DNA of 40,623 nucleotides from Asaia bogorensis (GCA_945878455.1 CAMCUA010000003.1:1-40623); one strand, 5' to 3'; shown: positions 8,560 through 21,520, numbered from the stretch's first letter. A program made the numbers and translations. The notes: generated by a model not told the origin, from the letters alone.

Positions 8560-9741
8560 ATGAAGTTGCAAAAACTGCGTAATATCATGGGCTTAAAGAG
8601 CTGGCGAGAGAAGGTCGCCCCTGCCATGGCGGCGCAAGACAAGGCAGAATCGCCCGTTGGCGTACTGTTGCAGGCTTTGCGTTTGCGTTGCGGCGAGGAG
8701 CTTGCCGACATCGCGAAGGACTTACGTATCCGCCAGAACTATCTGGAAGCCCTGGAGGAAGGCCGCTTTCACGAGCTGCCGGGCGCCACCTATGCAGTGG
8801 GGTTCGTGCGCACCTATGCCGAGCATCTCGGCCTGGATGGCAATGAAGTCGTGCGCCGGTTCAAGGCCGAAGCGGCAGGCATCAACCGTTCGATGGACCT
8901 CATCTTCCCCGCGCCCGAAGCCGAAGGCGGAATCCCGGGTGGAGCCCTGATGCTGGTCGGCGCCGTGCTAGCGGTCTTGGCCTATGGCGGATGGTACCTG
9001 CTGTCGACCGGTAATCGGACAGCGGTCGAGTTGGTGCCCGATCTGCCGGATCGCTTCCTGTCATTGGTCGATAGTGTCCGTTCCTCCATCGGCACCAGCT
9101 TCGGCGGCAGCGATGCCCCCGTCACCGTGCAGCCGGCGCCAGCGGCAGCCATCGCCCCGCCCGCACAGGCAACTACGGCACCGGCAGCAGCACCGGTCGT
9201 CGAACCGACGCCGACACCAGTAGCGGCGCCACAAGCCGCTGCCCCCGTCGTTCCGGCCGCATCGGCGGCGGTGGAAGCAGGGCGCAGTCAACCCACAGCG
9301 GTGGAAACCCGGGCAGCGATGGTTCCATCGGCTCCGGCCGTGCCAAGCCAACCGCCCACCCTGCCCAGCGCCAGCATCCCAGCTGGCGACCGACCAGCGA
9401 GCCCGGTGCCCGCGAGTTCGAGTTTGGCGGCCAACCTGCCATCAACGGGCCCCAGCGAGGAAGGCGGACCGCAAATCGTCGTGCGGGCCAAGACGGACAG
9501 TTGGATTCAAATTCGCGACGAATCGGGCAATCAATTGCTGGTGACCCGCCTGATGCGGGCTGGCGATACCTATGAGGTACCGAACCGCCCGGGGCTTAAG
9601 CTGCTGACCGGAAATGCCGGCGCCCTGGACATCCTGATCGATGGCGAAGCGACGCCCTCGCTTGGCCCCATCGGCGCGGTGCGGCGCGATATCTCCCTCA
9701 ATGCCGAGCTTCTGCGTGCCGGCACGGCCGCCCGCCCATAA
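8560..9741 (+). CDS. rodZ: RodZ-like cell shape protein (HTH, TM, Pro/Ala linker, DUF4115)
   Basis: LRIRQNYLEALEEG..LPG.TYAVGFVRTYAEHLGLD HTH; one TM helix; DSWIQIRD...GNAG C-terminal domain. Start uncertain (8560, 8587 or 8626). Confidence 0.88.
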   Translation: MKLQKLRNIMGLKSWREKVAPAMAAQDKAESPVGVLLQALRLRCGEELADIAKDLRIRQNYLEALEEGRFHELPGATYAVGFVRTYAEHLGLDGNEVVRRFKAEAAGINRSMDLIFPAPEAEGGIPGGALMLVGAVLAVLAYGGWYLLSTGNRTAVELVPDLPDRFLSLVDSVRSSIGTSFGGSDAPVTVQPAPAAAIAPPAQATTAPAAAPVVEPTPTPVAAPQAAAPVVPAASAAVEAGRSQPTAVETRAAMVPSAPAVPSQPPTLPSASIPAGDRPASPVPASSSLAANLPSTGPSEEGGPQIVVRAKTDSWIQIRDESGNQLLVTRLMRAGDTYEVPNRPGLKLLTGNAGALDILIDGEATPSLGPIGAVRRDISLNAELLRAGTAARP

Positions 9742-9765
9742 CCAGTCGATAAATCCGGAGGGATA

Positions 9766-11010
9766 ATGGCGCCGGTCAACCCGGTTCGCGGCACGCACGA
9801 CATCCTGCCCCAAGACATCGGCCGCTTTCGCCATGTCGAGGAAACGGCGCGCGACATTGCGCGGCGTTACGGCTATGGCGAGATTGCGACGCCGATCTTC
9901 GAATTCACCGATGTATTTGCCCGCACACTGGGGGATACCTCCGACGTCGTCACCAAGGAGATGTATTCCTTCGACGACCGTGGTGGCGAGAGCCTGACGC
10001 TACGCCCCGAAGGCACCGCCGGCGTCGTGCGTGCCTTTATCTCCAACGGGCTGACGCAAAACCTGCCCTTGCGACTGTTCTACCGGGGCCCGATGTTTCG
10101 TTACGAACGCCCGCAGAAGGGTCGGCAGCGCCAATTCCATCAGGTCGGCGTCGAACTGCTCGGCATCGCCGATCCCCTGGGCGATGCCGAGATCGTCTGC
10201 CAGGGTGCCGACCTGCTGAACGCACTCGGGCTGGGCGACAAGGTCACGCTGCACATCAATTCCCTGGGCGATGGCGAAAGCCGGGCCGAATACCGCCAGC
10301 GGCTGGTCGCCTACTTGGAAGGCTTTCGCGACCGGCTGTCAGCCGACAGCCTGCAACGCATCGACCGCAATCCGTTGCGCGTGCTGGATTCGAAAGACGA
10401 ACAGGATCGCGCCATCGTCGCCGAGGCGCCGATTCTAACGGACAGCCTAAACGACGAATCGCAGCGGTTTTTCGATGCCGTTCGGCGTGGACTCGACACT
10501 GCCGGAATCGCCTATACCGTCGATCCACGCCTGGTGCGCGGCCTGGATTACTATTGCCACACGGCCTTCGAATTCGTCACCGATGCCCTGGGCGCCCAAG
10601 GCACGGTGTTGGCCGGCGGACGCTATGACGGGCTGGTCAAACAGATGGGCGGCCCGCCGACCCCCGGCACCGGATGGGCCGCCGGCATCGAGCGGCTGGC
10701 CATGCTGAGCCTGGGGTCGCCGCCCGAGTCCAGGCCGCTGGCCATCGTCGCCCAGGGCGAGGCCCCGCAAAGCGCCGCTTTCGCCCTGGCGCATCGGTTA
10801 CGCCTAGCTGGGTTTTCCATCGACATGGCCTATAGCGGCAACATGGGCCGCCGCCTGTCACGGGCCAACAAGGTGGGCGCGCGCGCCGCCATCATCCTGG
10901 GCGAGGACGAACTGTCGCGCCAGGCGGTGGGCGTGCGCGACATGGAGAGCGGCATGCAGGAAGAGGTTTCCCTGGCTTCCTTGGAGACCTTCCTCGGCCG
11001 CTTCCGTTAG
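9766..11010 (+). CDS. hisS: histidine--tRNA ligase
   Basis: RGTHD, KEMY, LRPEGTA, FRYERPQKGR.RQFHQ, RGLDYY, GGRYDGL. Confidence 0.98.
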   Translation: MAPVNPVRGTHDILPQDIGRFRHVEETARDIARRYGYGEIATPIFEFTDVFARTLGDTSDVVTKEMYSFDDRGGESLTLRPEGTAGVVRAFISNGLTQNLPLRLFYRGPMFRYERPQKGRQRQFHQVGVELLGIADPLGDAEIVCQGADLLNALGLGDKVTLHINSLGDGESRAEYRQRLVAYLEGFRDRLSADSLQRIDRNPLRVLDSKDEQDRAIVAEAPILTDSLNDESQRFFDAVRRGLDTAGIAYTVDPRLVRGLDYYCHTAFEFVTDALGAQGTVLAGGRYDGLVKQMGGPPTPGTGWAAGIERLAMLSLGSPPESRPLAIVAQGEAPQSAAFALAHRLRLAGFSIDMAYSGNMGRRLSRANKVGARAAIILGEDELSRQAVGVRDMESGMQEEVSLASLETFLGRFR

Positions 11011-11016
11011 CCGGCG

Positions 11017-12363
11017 ATGAGCGCGCGCAGCCTTCCCGGCGTCAGCCGATATTTATCCATTGGCGCTCATCATCGCTCCAGCCCTTTGGCCCTGCGCGAC
11101 CGGCTCTTCATCGAGGATGCGCAATTGCCGGCGTTCTTCGCTGCGTTGCGCCAGATCGGCGTCGGCCAGGCCCTGGCGTTGTCGACCTGCGACCGAGTGG
11201 AGGTCTTGGTCGCCGACAGCGACCCAGAAAGCGCCGGCGAGCGCATTGTCGCCGCCCTCGCCCACCATGCCGGCATGGCGGAGACGGAATTGGCCGGGCA
11301 CCTTTACCGGCTGTACGACGACGATGCCGTAAGGCATGTCGCCATGGTCGCCGCATCGTTGGACAGCCAGATCGTCGGCGAGCCGCAGGTGCTGGGCCAG
11401 ATCAAGGCCAGCCACCGGCTGGCCCGCGACGCCGGCATGACCGGCACTGAAATCGAGGCCCTGCTGCAAGCCGCTTATGGCGCCGCCAAGCGGGTACGCA
11501 GCGAGACGGCCATCGGCGAGCGCCCTGTGTCCATGGCCGCCGCCGCCGTGCAGATCGCCCGCGAGGTGCATGGCGACCTGGACCGCTGCCGCGCCCTGTT
11601 GATCGGCAGCGGGGACATGGGCGCAATGATCGCCGGCCAACTGCAGGATGGCGGCCTGACCGATCTGACCGTTACCCATCCACGCGAGTCGCGGGCGGAA
11701 GCCTTGGCGCGCAGCCTGTCCAGCCACACAGCCCCCTTCGACAATTTGGCCGAAGCCGTCGTCAATGCCGATGTGGTGATTGCGGCGTTGGGGACGCGCC
11801 GGCACGTTCTGACCGCAGATTTCATCCGATCCGCCCTGACGCGCCGGCGGCGTCGGCCCATCTTCATCGTCGATGCCGGCATCCCGGGGGACGTCGATCC
11901 AGGGGTCAACCGCATCGACGGCGCCTTCCTTTACAGCATGGACGATCTGGAACGGGTCGCCATGGAAGGCCGTACTTCAAGGGGTGCCGAAATGGACACC
12001 GCGGGGCGCATCGTCGAGGCCGAGGTCGCCAGCTTCCTGCGCGGCCGGGCGGAACGGGCGGCCGTTCCAGTGTTGAGCCAGTTGCGCGCCCACTTCGAGG
12101 ATACCCGCGGGCAGGTTCTGACGGTGGCCGGCGGCGACGCCGACAAGGCGACACGCCTGCTGATCAACCGCCTACTGCACGGCCCGTCGGAAGCATTGCG
12201 CGATCTGGCGGCGATGGACTTGGCGGGAAATAGCGGGCACCAAGACGCCCTGACCTGGGAGGTCGCGGAACGCATGTTGCGGCGACTATTTCGCCTGAGC
12301 GACGATGCCGACCAAGGACAAGATCGCGACACCGGCAGGACGGAGAGGGGAGAGCGCGAGTGA
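11017..12363 (+). CDS. hemA: glutamyl-tRNA reductase (C5 tetrapyrrole pathway)
   Basis: H...[16 protein letters not shown] catalytic Cys, H...[36 protein letters not shown] nucleotide-binding motif, RLLHGP C-terminus; overlaps prfA start. Confidence 0.92.
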   Translation: MSARSLPGVSRYLSIGAHHRSSPLALRDRLFIEDAQLPAFFAALRQIGVGQALALSTCDRVEVLVADSDPESAGERIVAALAHHAGMAETELAGHLYRLYDDDAVRHVAMVAASLDSQIVGEPQVLGQIKASHRLARDAGMTGTEIEALLQAAYGAAKRVRSETAIGERPVSMAAAAVQIAREVHGDLDRCRALLIGSGDMGAMIAGQLQDGGLTDLTVTHPRESRAEALARSLSSHTAPFDNLAEAVVNADVVIAALGTRRHVLTADFIRSALTRRRRRPIFIVDAGIPGDVDPGVNRIDGAFLYSMDDLERVAMEGRTSRGAEMDTAGRIVEAEVASFLRGRAERAAVPVLSQLRAHFEDTRGQVLTVAGGDADKATRLLINRLLHGPSEALRDLAAMDLAGNSGHQDALTWEVAERMLRRLFRLSDDADQGQDRDTGRTERGERE

Positions 12364-13439
12364 GCACCCAATTCGACGGCAAGCTGCAACAACTTGTCGC
12401 CCGCTACGCCGAACTCGAACACCAGCTCAACACGCCCGACAGCGGCGATAGTTCCGCCTTCGTGCGCCTGTCCAAGGAATACGCCGAGCTGACCCCCATC
12501 GTCGGCGCGATCCGGCAGCTCAACGAAAGCCGCCGCGAATTGGCCGATCTCGACGCCCTGCTCGGCGATCACGCCACCGAGGCCGATATGCGCGAATTGG
12601 CCGGCAAGGAGCGCGACACCGCGATCCATCGCCTGCCCGATCTTGAACGCCAGGTTCAGCTGATGCTGCTGCCCAAGGACGAGGCCGATGCCAAGAACGC
12701 CATCCTGGAGGTACGCGCCGGCACCGGCGGGGAAGAGGCCGCCCTGTTCGCCGCCGACCTGTTCCGCATGTACCAACGCTATGCCGAGGAACACGGCTGG
12801 ACCTTCGAGACGATGGCCACCAACACAACGGGCATCGGCGGCTTTAAGGAGGCCATCGCCTCGATCAGCGGGCGCGATGTGTTTGCCCGGCTGAAGCACG
12901 AATCGGGCGTGCATCGCGTGCAGCGCGTGCCGGCCACCGAGGCGAGCGGGCGCATTCATACCTCCGCGGCGACCGTCGCCGTTTTGCCGGAGGCCGAGGA
13001 GGTCGATGTCGTACTCAACGACAAGGACCTGCGCATCGATGTCTACCGGTCGAGCGGACCGGGCGGCCAATCGGTGAACACCACCGACAGCGCCGTGCGC
13101 ATCACCCATTTGCCGACCGGTATCGTCGTCACCCAGCAGGACGAAAAATCGCAACACAAGAACAAGGCCAAGGCGCTGAAAATCTTGCGCGCACGCATCT
13201 ACGAGCGCCAGCGCGAGGAACTCGACGCGGTTCGATCCGCATCGCGGCGCAGCCAAGTCGGCTCGGGCGACCGCTCGGAACGCATCCGCACCTATAATTT
13301 CCCCCAGGGTCGGGTCACCGACCATCGCATCAACCTGACGCTCTACAAGCTCGATCGCGTCATGGACGGCGAGATGGACGAACTGATCGACGCGCTATCA
13401 GCCGAAGAACAGGCCGCCCGGCTGGCCGACGTGCAATGA
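12360..13439 (+). CDS. prfA: peptide chain release factor 1
   Basis: [20 protein letters not shown] (PxT, RF1), [15 protein letters not shown]; GTG start overlapping hemA stop. Confidence 0.98.
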   Translation: MSTQFDGKLQQLVARYAELEHQLNTPDSGDSSAFVRLSKEYAELTPIVGAIRQLNESRRELADLDALLGDHATEADMRELAGKERDTAIHRLPDLERQVQLMLLPKDEADAKNAILEVRAGTGGEEAALFAADLFRMYQRYAEEHGWTFETMATNTTGIGGFKEAIASISGRDVFARLKHESGVHRVQRVPATEASGRIHTSAATVAVLPEAEEVDVVLNDKDLRIDVYRSSGPGGQSVNTTDSAVRITHLPTGIVVTQQDEKSQHKNKAKALKILRARIYERQREELDAVRSASRRSQVGSGDRSERIRTYNFPQGRVTDHRINLTLYKLDRVMDGEMDELIDALSAEEQAARLADVQ

Positions 13440-14314
13440 AGCCGGCCGCGATCGACCGTCTCGTGCAGCAGACCATCGGCGATGGCTTCGCCTGGGCGGT
13501 ACGGCGATTGACGGCGGCGGGCATCGACAATGCCCAGCTGGATGCCCGCGTGCTGCTGGAAGCGGCCATGGGCCGGAGCGGCGGCGCCATACTGGCCTGG
13601 CGCGAAATGCCCATGAACGACGATCAGTGGCAACGCTTCAGCACCGACATCTTACGGCGTGAGAGCCACGAACCCGTAGCCCGCATCCTCGGCGAAAAGG
13701 AATTTTGGGGCCTTCCGTTTCTTGTCGATGAGCATACCTTGGTGCCCCGGCCCGACAGCGAAGTTCTAATCGAAGCAGCGCTCGCCGCCTTTCCCGAGCG
13801 CGACGCCACGGCGCGCGTGCTCGACTTCGGCACCGGCAGCGGTTGCCTGCTGCTGGCCGTACTGGCCGAGCGCCCACAGTTCACTGGGGTCGGCGTGGAC
13901 ATCGCAGCCGGCGCCGCCGCCGTGGCGCGGCGCAATGCCGAACGCCTGGGGCTTGCAGGGCGCGCCGGCTTTGCCGTCGCCGACTGGGGCGCACCGCTGC
14001 TGGGGCGGTTCGAGCTGATCCTGAGCAACCCGCCCTATATTCCCGATGGCGACATAGCAACTTTGGAGCCCGAGGTGGCGGATTTCGATCCTCGCCGAGC
14101 CTTGGCCGGCGGCGCTCAGGGCCTGGACGCGCTGACCCAGATGGCTGCCTCGGCCATCGGGCTGCTCGCCGCCGAGGGTACGCTGATCGTCGAAATTGGC
14201 GCTTCCCAGGCGGCTTCGGCGGGGCGCTGTTTGGCCCGAGCCGGGCTGGCCGTTACCGGCATCCGCCACGACCTGGGTGGGAAGGAACGTTGCCTGATCG
14301 CCCGCCTTTTGTAA
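13436..14314 (+). CDS. prmC: release factor glutamine methyltransferase
   Basis: [29 protein letters not shown]; ATGA overlap with prfA. Confidence 0.96.
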   Translation: MKPAAIDRLVQQTIGDGFAWAVRRLTAAGIDNAQLDARVLLEAAMGRSGGAILAWREMPMNDDQWQRFSTDILRRESHEPVARILGEKEFWGLPFLVDEHTLVPRPDSEVLIEAALAAFPERDATARVLDFGTGSGCLLLAVLAERPQFTGVGVDIAAGAAAVARRNAERLGLAGRAGFAVADWGAPLLGRFELILSNPPYIPDGDIATLEPEVADFDPRRALAGGAQGLDALTQMAASAIGLLAAEGTLIVEIGASQAASAGRCLARAGLAVTGIRHDLGGKERCLIARLL

Positions 14315-14536
14315 AAAACTGTTGGATTAGCCACCCATCCCGTCTAGGTTTGCCCCTGCGGGTAGTCGAACTGGCCCATCGGCCGGGCGTCGAGAGCGCC
14401 GCAAGGTACCCATTTCATACGTTTCAACCGGAAGTTCCCACGTGGGATTCCGGCCGTGCCGGACATTCGGCGAGATATCGCCACCGACACATGACGTATG
14501 GCCCTGTGCAATCAGGCCTACAAAAACCCAGGTGCA

Positions 14537-15001
14537 ATGAGACAGTCTCCGAACAACAACATCAGACGGGTACGCACCCGCGGCAACGGCAAGCGTCACC
14601 CTTCGTCCAGGAACTTCCCCATCGAAAGCAACGGTCCGGACGTCAAAATCCGTGGCACGGCGCAGCAGGTCATGGACAAGTATCTTGCCCTGGCCCGCGA
14701 CGCCGCTTCATCCGGGGATCGGGTCATGGCGGAAAGCTATTTCCAGCACGCCGATCACTACCATCGGATTGCCCATAGCTTCGACAACGGACCCGACGGG
14801 CAGAATCGCCGCCCGCGACCCAATGAGCGCGCACCGGGTTCGCCGGACGGGCCACAGCCCGACACCGACGATTTCCCGGAAGGCGGCATGCACGACAACC
14901 GCCAAGGCGGCCAAAGTCGCATAGCCATGCACGATGTTTCGACGCATGACGACGACGACGACGATGGCGATGACGCGGATAATGACACCGCCATCAATTG
15001 A
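14537..15001 (+). CDS. DUF4167 domain protein
   Basis: ESNGPDVKIRGTAQQVMDKYLALARDA.SSGDRVMAESYFQHADHYHRI core, basic N-terminus, acidic tail; usual position after prmC. Start 14537 preferred over 14498. Confidence 0.88.
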   Translation: MRQSPNNNIRRVRTRGNGKRHPSSRNFPIESNGPDVKIRGTAQQVMDKYLALARDAASSGDRVMAESYFQHADHYHRIAHSFDNGPDGQNRRPRPNERAPGSPDGPQPDTDDFPEGGMHDNRQGGQSRIAMHDVSTHDDDDDDGDDADNDTAIN

Positions 15002-15049
15002 CCGCCTAAACGGCCGCCTCGACGGGTTGCCGGTAAAGTGGGGACAGCG

Positions 15050-15814
15050 TCAGTTTGCCAGTTCGATGGTGTCGCCCATGGCGACGCCACCGGCTGACTC
15101 GACCCTGGCGTAGACGCCCAATTCGATGTGGCCGAAGCCCGCGCGCAGCAGCTTGGGCACGTTGATGTCGCGCTCCCCTGTCGCCGGATTGACCGTGGTC
15201 GCGGCACAACGGTCGATGCGCGCGGTGACGGTCAGCCGCGTGGCGCCGATTCTCAAGGTCTTGCCGATCCAGGCGAACTCCTGCCATGGCTGGGTGCCGG
15301 CCATATAAATATTGGCGCGAAAGCGCAGGGGATCGACGGGTTGACCGACAACCCGCGCCAGATCATCGACACTGGCAAGACCGATCAACGAAACCACCCG
15401 TTGTGCGCAGTCGGAAAACATGTGCCCGCCCGCGGCAGCGACCAGACGCGGCTTGCCGCCGGCCTCCGCCCCGAGATAGGCAGCGAAAAAATCCTCGATG
15501 ACGGCCCGGCCCAAGGGGTCGGACAAACGGCCATGGGCAACGGCATGGCCGGCCCGCCAGACTTCGAGGCGGTCGTCGGTTTCGTCGTAGCGCGTTTCGA
15601 TGGCCGCAAGGCGAGCGTTCAGCGCCAGCATCAGGAAATTGCGCTTCGGCATCCACGTCGGCGCCGTCGGGTCGATGACGACGCCGGATCGGGCCAGCGC
15701 ATAGCGGCGATCGCCGGGCATGCCGTCGCCCACCGACAGATCGACACGGTCCAAACGCTGTGGGCTCAGCCCCTTGACGGGATAGCGGAAAAGCTTGGCG
15801 ATGATGGCGGACAT
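15050..15814 (-). CDS. MOSC domain protein
   Basis: RYPVKGL, GDRRYAL, RFRANI, RCAATTVNP (conserved Cys); start ATG 15814. Confidence 0.92.
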   Translation of the reverse strand: MSAIIAKLFRYPVKGLSPQRLDRVDLSVGDGMPGDRRYALARSGVVIDPTAPTWMPKRNFLMLALNARLAAIETRYDETDDRLEVWRAGHAVAHGRLSDPLGRAVIEDFFAAYLGAEAGGKPRLVAAAGGHMFSDCAQRVVSLIGLASVDDLARVVGQPVDPLRFRANIYMAGTQPWQEFAWIGKTLRIGATRLTVTARIDRCAATTVNPATGERDINVPKLLRAGFGHIELGVYARVESAGGVAMGDTIELAN

Positions 15815-15866
15815 GCCGGCAATATCCCTGCTGGTTCCATGGCTGTCGATGGCGGCTGCCAACCGG

Positions 15867-15894
15867 CTTGCGCCGCCGCCGCCAGCAACCATAT
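15867..15894 (+). promoter_or_regulatory. putative RpoH (sigma32) promoter of clpB
   Basis: CTTG (15867-15870) and CCATAT (15889-15894), resembling alphaproteobacterial heat-shock promoters. Confidence 0.5.
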
Positions 15895-15993
15895 TAGGCG
15901 AGAAGCCCGACGCGACGAGGGGTAATTTTTCCACGCGGCATGGGCAACGACAGACAACTGTCCATCCATGGGCACGACGCGAACGAGGGAACC

Positions 15994-18588
<2,595 letters not shown>

Positions 18589-18609
18589 CGCAGGACAGGT
18601 GGCCGGCAC

Positions 18610-18635
18610 CGGCGGCTCACCGCGGTGAGCCGCCG
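18610..18635. terminator. 26-bp perfect palindrome between convergent genes
   Basis: CGGCGGCTCACCG-CGGTGAGCCGCCG; no U-tract on either side, so terminator function is uncertain. Confidence 0.5.
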
Positions 18636-18646
18636 CGCGTCCTAGA

Positions 18647-19726
18647 TCAGCATCGCGACAGTCGGCTCAGCAACCCGGCCGCTTCCTCCGCCAGTGTCCG
18701 CGTGAAGGCAGCCGCCGGCATCTCCGGCGCCAGGGCCGCCGACTGCCCCGCCCACAGCGGCGAGAAATCCTCCTTGCCGGCAGCTTCGGATTGGGCGCGG
18801 AGCGGTGCGATGGCGCCGGTCGCCAGGGGAAAGGCCGGAGCCTCCGCGTTCATCGGCCCGACCTCGCGGATGAACCGGTTGAGCAAGCCGCGCGCCGGCC
18901 GGCCGGTGAAGACGTTAGTCAAGACCGTGGCGTCGTCGCGGGCATGGCGCAGCGCCTCGCGGTACAGAGTGTGGATGAGCGATTCGGGGCAGCGCAGATA
19001 GGCGGTTCCGACCTGCACCGCCGCGGCCCCGAGCACCAGGGCGGCGACCATGGTGCGCGCGTCGGCAATACCCCCTGCCGCGATGACCGGTACGCTGACG
19101 GCATCGGCGATCTGGGGAACCAGCGAAAACGTCCCAGGCTGTGCCGAGGTATCGTCCGTCAGGAACATGCCGCGATGCCCTCCAGCCTCGCAGCCCTGGG
19201 CGATGATGGCGTCGCAGCCCTCGCCCTCCAGCCAACGCGCCTCCTCGACGGTGGTCGCCGAGGACATGATCTTGGCGCCCGTGTCCCTTACTCGCCTGAG
19301 CAGCATCTTGTCCGGCAGGCCGAAATGGAAGCTCACCACCTCGGGCCGCAGCTCGACGACCAGATCGCAAAAAGCGGCGTCGAACGGCGCCCGCCCAGGG
19401 CCGACTGGGATCGTCGCCGGATCGATGCCGAATTCGGCATAGTAGGACGCCAGTCGGCGCCGCCATGTGGCCTCGCGGGCGGCATCCGAGAGGGGCGGCC
19501 GATGGCAGAAGAAGTTGACGTTCACCGGCCGCGCTGTCCGCTGTCGGATGATTCCCATCTGGGTGCGGAACTGATCGGGTGTGAACATCGCGCACGGCAA
19601 CGCCCCGAGCCCCCCGGCCTCGCAGACCGCAATCGCCAGCGTGGCATCCGACGAGCCGGCCATCGGCGCTTGCAGGATGGGCAATTCGATGCCGAACAGA
19701 TCGATGATACGTCGGTCGGGCCACAT
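18647..19726 (-). CDS. nitronate monooxygenase family flavoprotein
   Basis: PILQAPMAG, VSFHFGLP, EAGGHRG, IAAGGI, VQVGTAYL, LWAGQ; start MWPDRRI. Confidence 0.92.
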   Translation of the reverse strand: MWPDRRIIDLFGIELPILQAPMAGSSDATLAIAVCEAGGLGALPCAMFTPDQFRTQMGIIRQRTARPVNVNFFCHRPPLSDAAREATWRRRLASYYAEFGIDPATIPVGPGRAPFDAAFCDLVVELRPEVVSFHFGLPDKMLLRRVRDTGAKIMSSATTVEEARWLEGEGCDAIIAQGCEAGGHRGMFLTDDTSAQPGTFSLVPQIADAVSVPVIAAGGIADARTMVAALVLGAAAVQVGTAYLRCPESLIHTLYREALRHARDDATVLTNVFTGRPARGLLNRFIREVGPMNAEAPAFPLATGAIAPLRAQSEAAGKEDFSPLWAGQSAALAPEMPAAAFTRTLAEEAAGLLSRLSRC

Positions 19727-19841
19727 GGGTCGAACTCCAGAATCAGGCGCGGTAGGGTCCCTGTCACCATAACGGCGCCCGGCTAGCGGAGAAAGCCTGC
19801 ACTTCCCGTCGGCGCGGTCGGCCTGTAGGGTGCGTCGCATC

Positions 19842-20741
19842 ATGTCCGCCCCCTTCGACCGCCCAACCCTGCGCCGCCGCCGCGACCGCGCCGCCGCGAG
19901 GTTGGGCGATTTCGATTTTCTGCTGCGCGAGGTGGGCGAGCGGTTGCTCGACCGGCTGGCCGACATCCGGCGGACCTTTCCGCTGGCCGTCGACCTGGGC
20001 GGCCATACCGGGCAGCTGGCGGCTATGTTGGACGGGCGTGGCGGCATCGAGCGGCTGGTGACATGCGATCTGTCGCCGCGCATGGCCGCACTGGCGCCGC
20101 ACCCCTGCATCGCCTGCGACGAGGAAGTGCTGCCCTTCGCCGATGCCAGCCTGGATTTGGTGCTGAGCAGTTTCAGCCTGCATTGGGTCAACGACCTACC
20201 CGGCGCCCTGATTCAGATCCGCCGGGCGCTGAAGCCCGATGGCCTGTTCCTCGCCGCCATGGCCGGCGGCGAAACCCTGAAGGAACTGCGCTGGGCCCTG
20301 ACAGAGGCGGAAATAGCCGGGGAAGGCGGGCTGAGCCCGCGCCTGTCGCCGGTCGTCGATGTGCGCGACATGGGCGACCTGCTCGGCCGCGCCGGCTTCG
20401 CCCTGCCGGTGGCCGACAGCGAAACGATCACCGTTTCCTACGCCGATCCGCTGCGCCTGATGGCCGACCTGCGCGGCATGGGCGAGAGCAACGCGGTAGC
20501 CGAACGCCGGCGCACGCCGTTGCGCCGTGCCACCCTGATAGATGCCGTGGCGCGCTATCGCGAGCGCTATGCCGACGCCGACGGCCGTGTGCCGGCGACC
20601 TTCCAGATCGTCTACCTGACCGGCTGGGCGCCGCATGCCGAACAGCCCAAGGCCCTGCGTCCCGGCAGCGGCCAGACACGACTGGCCGAGGCCTTGGGCA
20701 GCGTGGAAATTTCAGCCGGCGAAAAGGCCCGGCCACAGTGA
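19842..20741 (+). CDS. SAM-dependent methyltransferase (BioC/NDUFAF5-like)
   Basis: FDR..LRRRRDRA, DLGGHTG, LHWVNDLPG, GGETLKELR, AGFALPVAD, DLRGMGE. Confidence 0.9.
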   Translation: MSAPFDRPTLRRRRDRAAARLGDFDFLLREVGERLLDRLADIRRTFPLAVDLGGHTGQLAAMLDGRGGIERLVTCDLSPRMAALAPHPCIACDEEVLPFADASLDLVLSSFSLHWVNDLPGALIQIRRALKPDGLFLAAMAGGETLKELRWALTEAEIAGEGGLSPRLSPVVDVRDMGDLLGRAGFALPVADSETITVSYADPLRLMADLRGMGESNAVAERRRTPLRRATLIDAVARYRERYADADGRVPATFQIVYLTGWAPHAEQPKALRPGSGQTRLAEALGSVEISAGEKARPQ

Positions 20742-20803
20742 CGCCACCTGTGCTGCGACGCCCCTGTATTGCCCGGGGCGGCTCCGCCCGCTAGGTTCGC
20801 CGC

Positions 20804-21520
20804 ATGCTGTATCCCACACCCCTGATTCGCGGCACGCTGATCAAGCGCTATAAGCGCTTCCTGACCGACGTCACGCTGGAGGATGGCAGCGTCGTTATCG
20901 CTCATTGCGCCAATTCGGGATCGATGCTCAGCGTCAATACACCCGGCGCCGAGGTCTGGCTGTCGCCAGCCAGCAATCCGGACCGCAAGTTGCGCTATAC
21001 CTGGGAGCTGATGCGCATCGGCGATACCCTGGTCGGCATCAATACCAGTCTGCCCAACGGCATCGTCGAAGAGGCGGTGCATGCCGGCGCCATTCCTGAA
21101 CTCGCCGGCTACGCCCGTGCCCGCCGCGAGGTAAAATACGGCCGCAATTCACGCATCGACCTCTTGCTGGAAGACGACCATCGGCCGCCGTGCTATGTCG
21201 AGGTCAAGAATGTCACCATGCGGCGCAACCTGAAGGATGGGCCCGTGGAGTTTCCCGACGCTGTCACCTCGCGCGGCGCCAAGCACCTGGAAGAGCTGAT
21301 CGACATGGTCAAGGGCGGCGCGCGCGCCGTGATGATGTACCTGGTGCAACGGCAAGACGGCAGCGCTTTCAGCATCGCCGGCGATATCGATCCCGCCTAC
21401 CGCGACGGCTTGCAGCAGGCCATGGCCGGCGGGGTCGAGGTGCTCTGCTATGCCTGCACGGTCAGTCCCAAGGCGGTGACCCTTGCCCGCCCCGTACCGT
21501 TGGCCTTGCACAGCGCTTAG
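20804..21520 (+). CDS. sfsA: DNA/RNA nuclease SfsA
   Basis: RYKRFL.D, AHCANSGSM, SRIDLLL, YVEVKNVT, FPDAVT.RG.KHL.EL, IDP.Y. Confidence 0.96.
   Translation: MLYPTPLIRGTLIKRYKRFLTDVTLEDGSVVIAHCANSGSMLSVNTPGAEVWLSPASNPDRKLRYTWELMRIGDTLVGINTSLPNGIVEEAVHAGAIPELAGYARARREVKYGRNSRIDLLLEDDHRPPCYVEVKNVTMRRNLKDGPVEFPDAVTSRGAKHLEELIDMVKGGARAVMMYLVQRQDGSAFSIAGDIDPAYRDGLQQAMAGGVEVLCYACTVSPKAVTLARPVPLALHSA

Noticed and set aside
9120-9460. Repeat-like DNA in rodZ
   Set aside because: Ordinary Pro/Ala-rich linker typical of RodZ.
11931-13325. 464-aa antisense ORF, and similar long shadow ORFs opposite clpB, atpD and ptsP
   Set aside because: Expected by-product of high-GC codon bias opposite conserved genes; no motifs.
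14945-14985. GAC trinucleotide run
   Set aside because: Encodes the in-frame poly-Asp tail of DUF4167; not a phase-variation tract.
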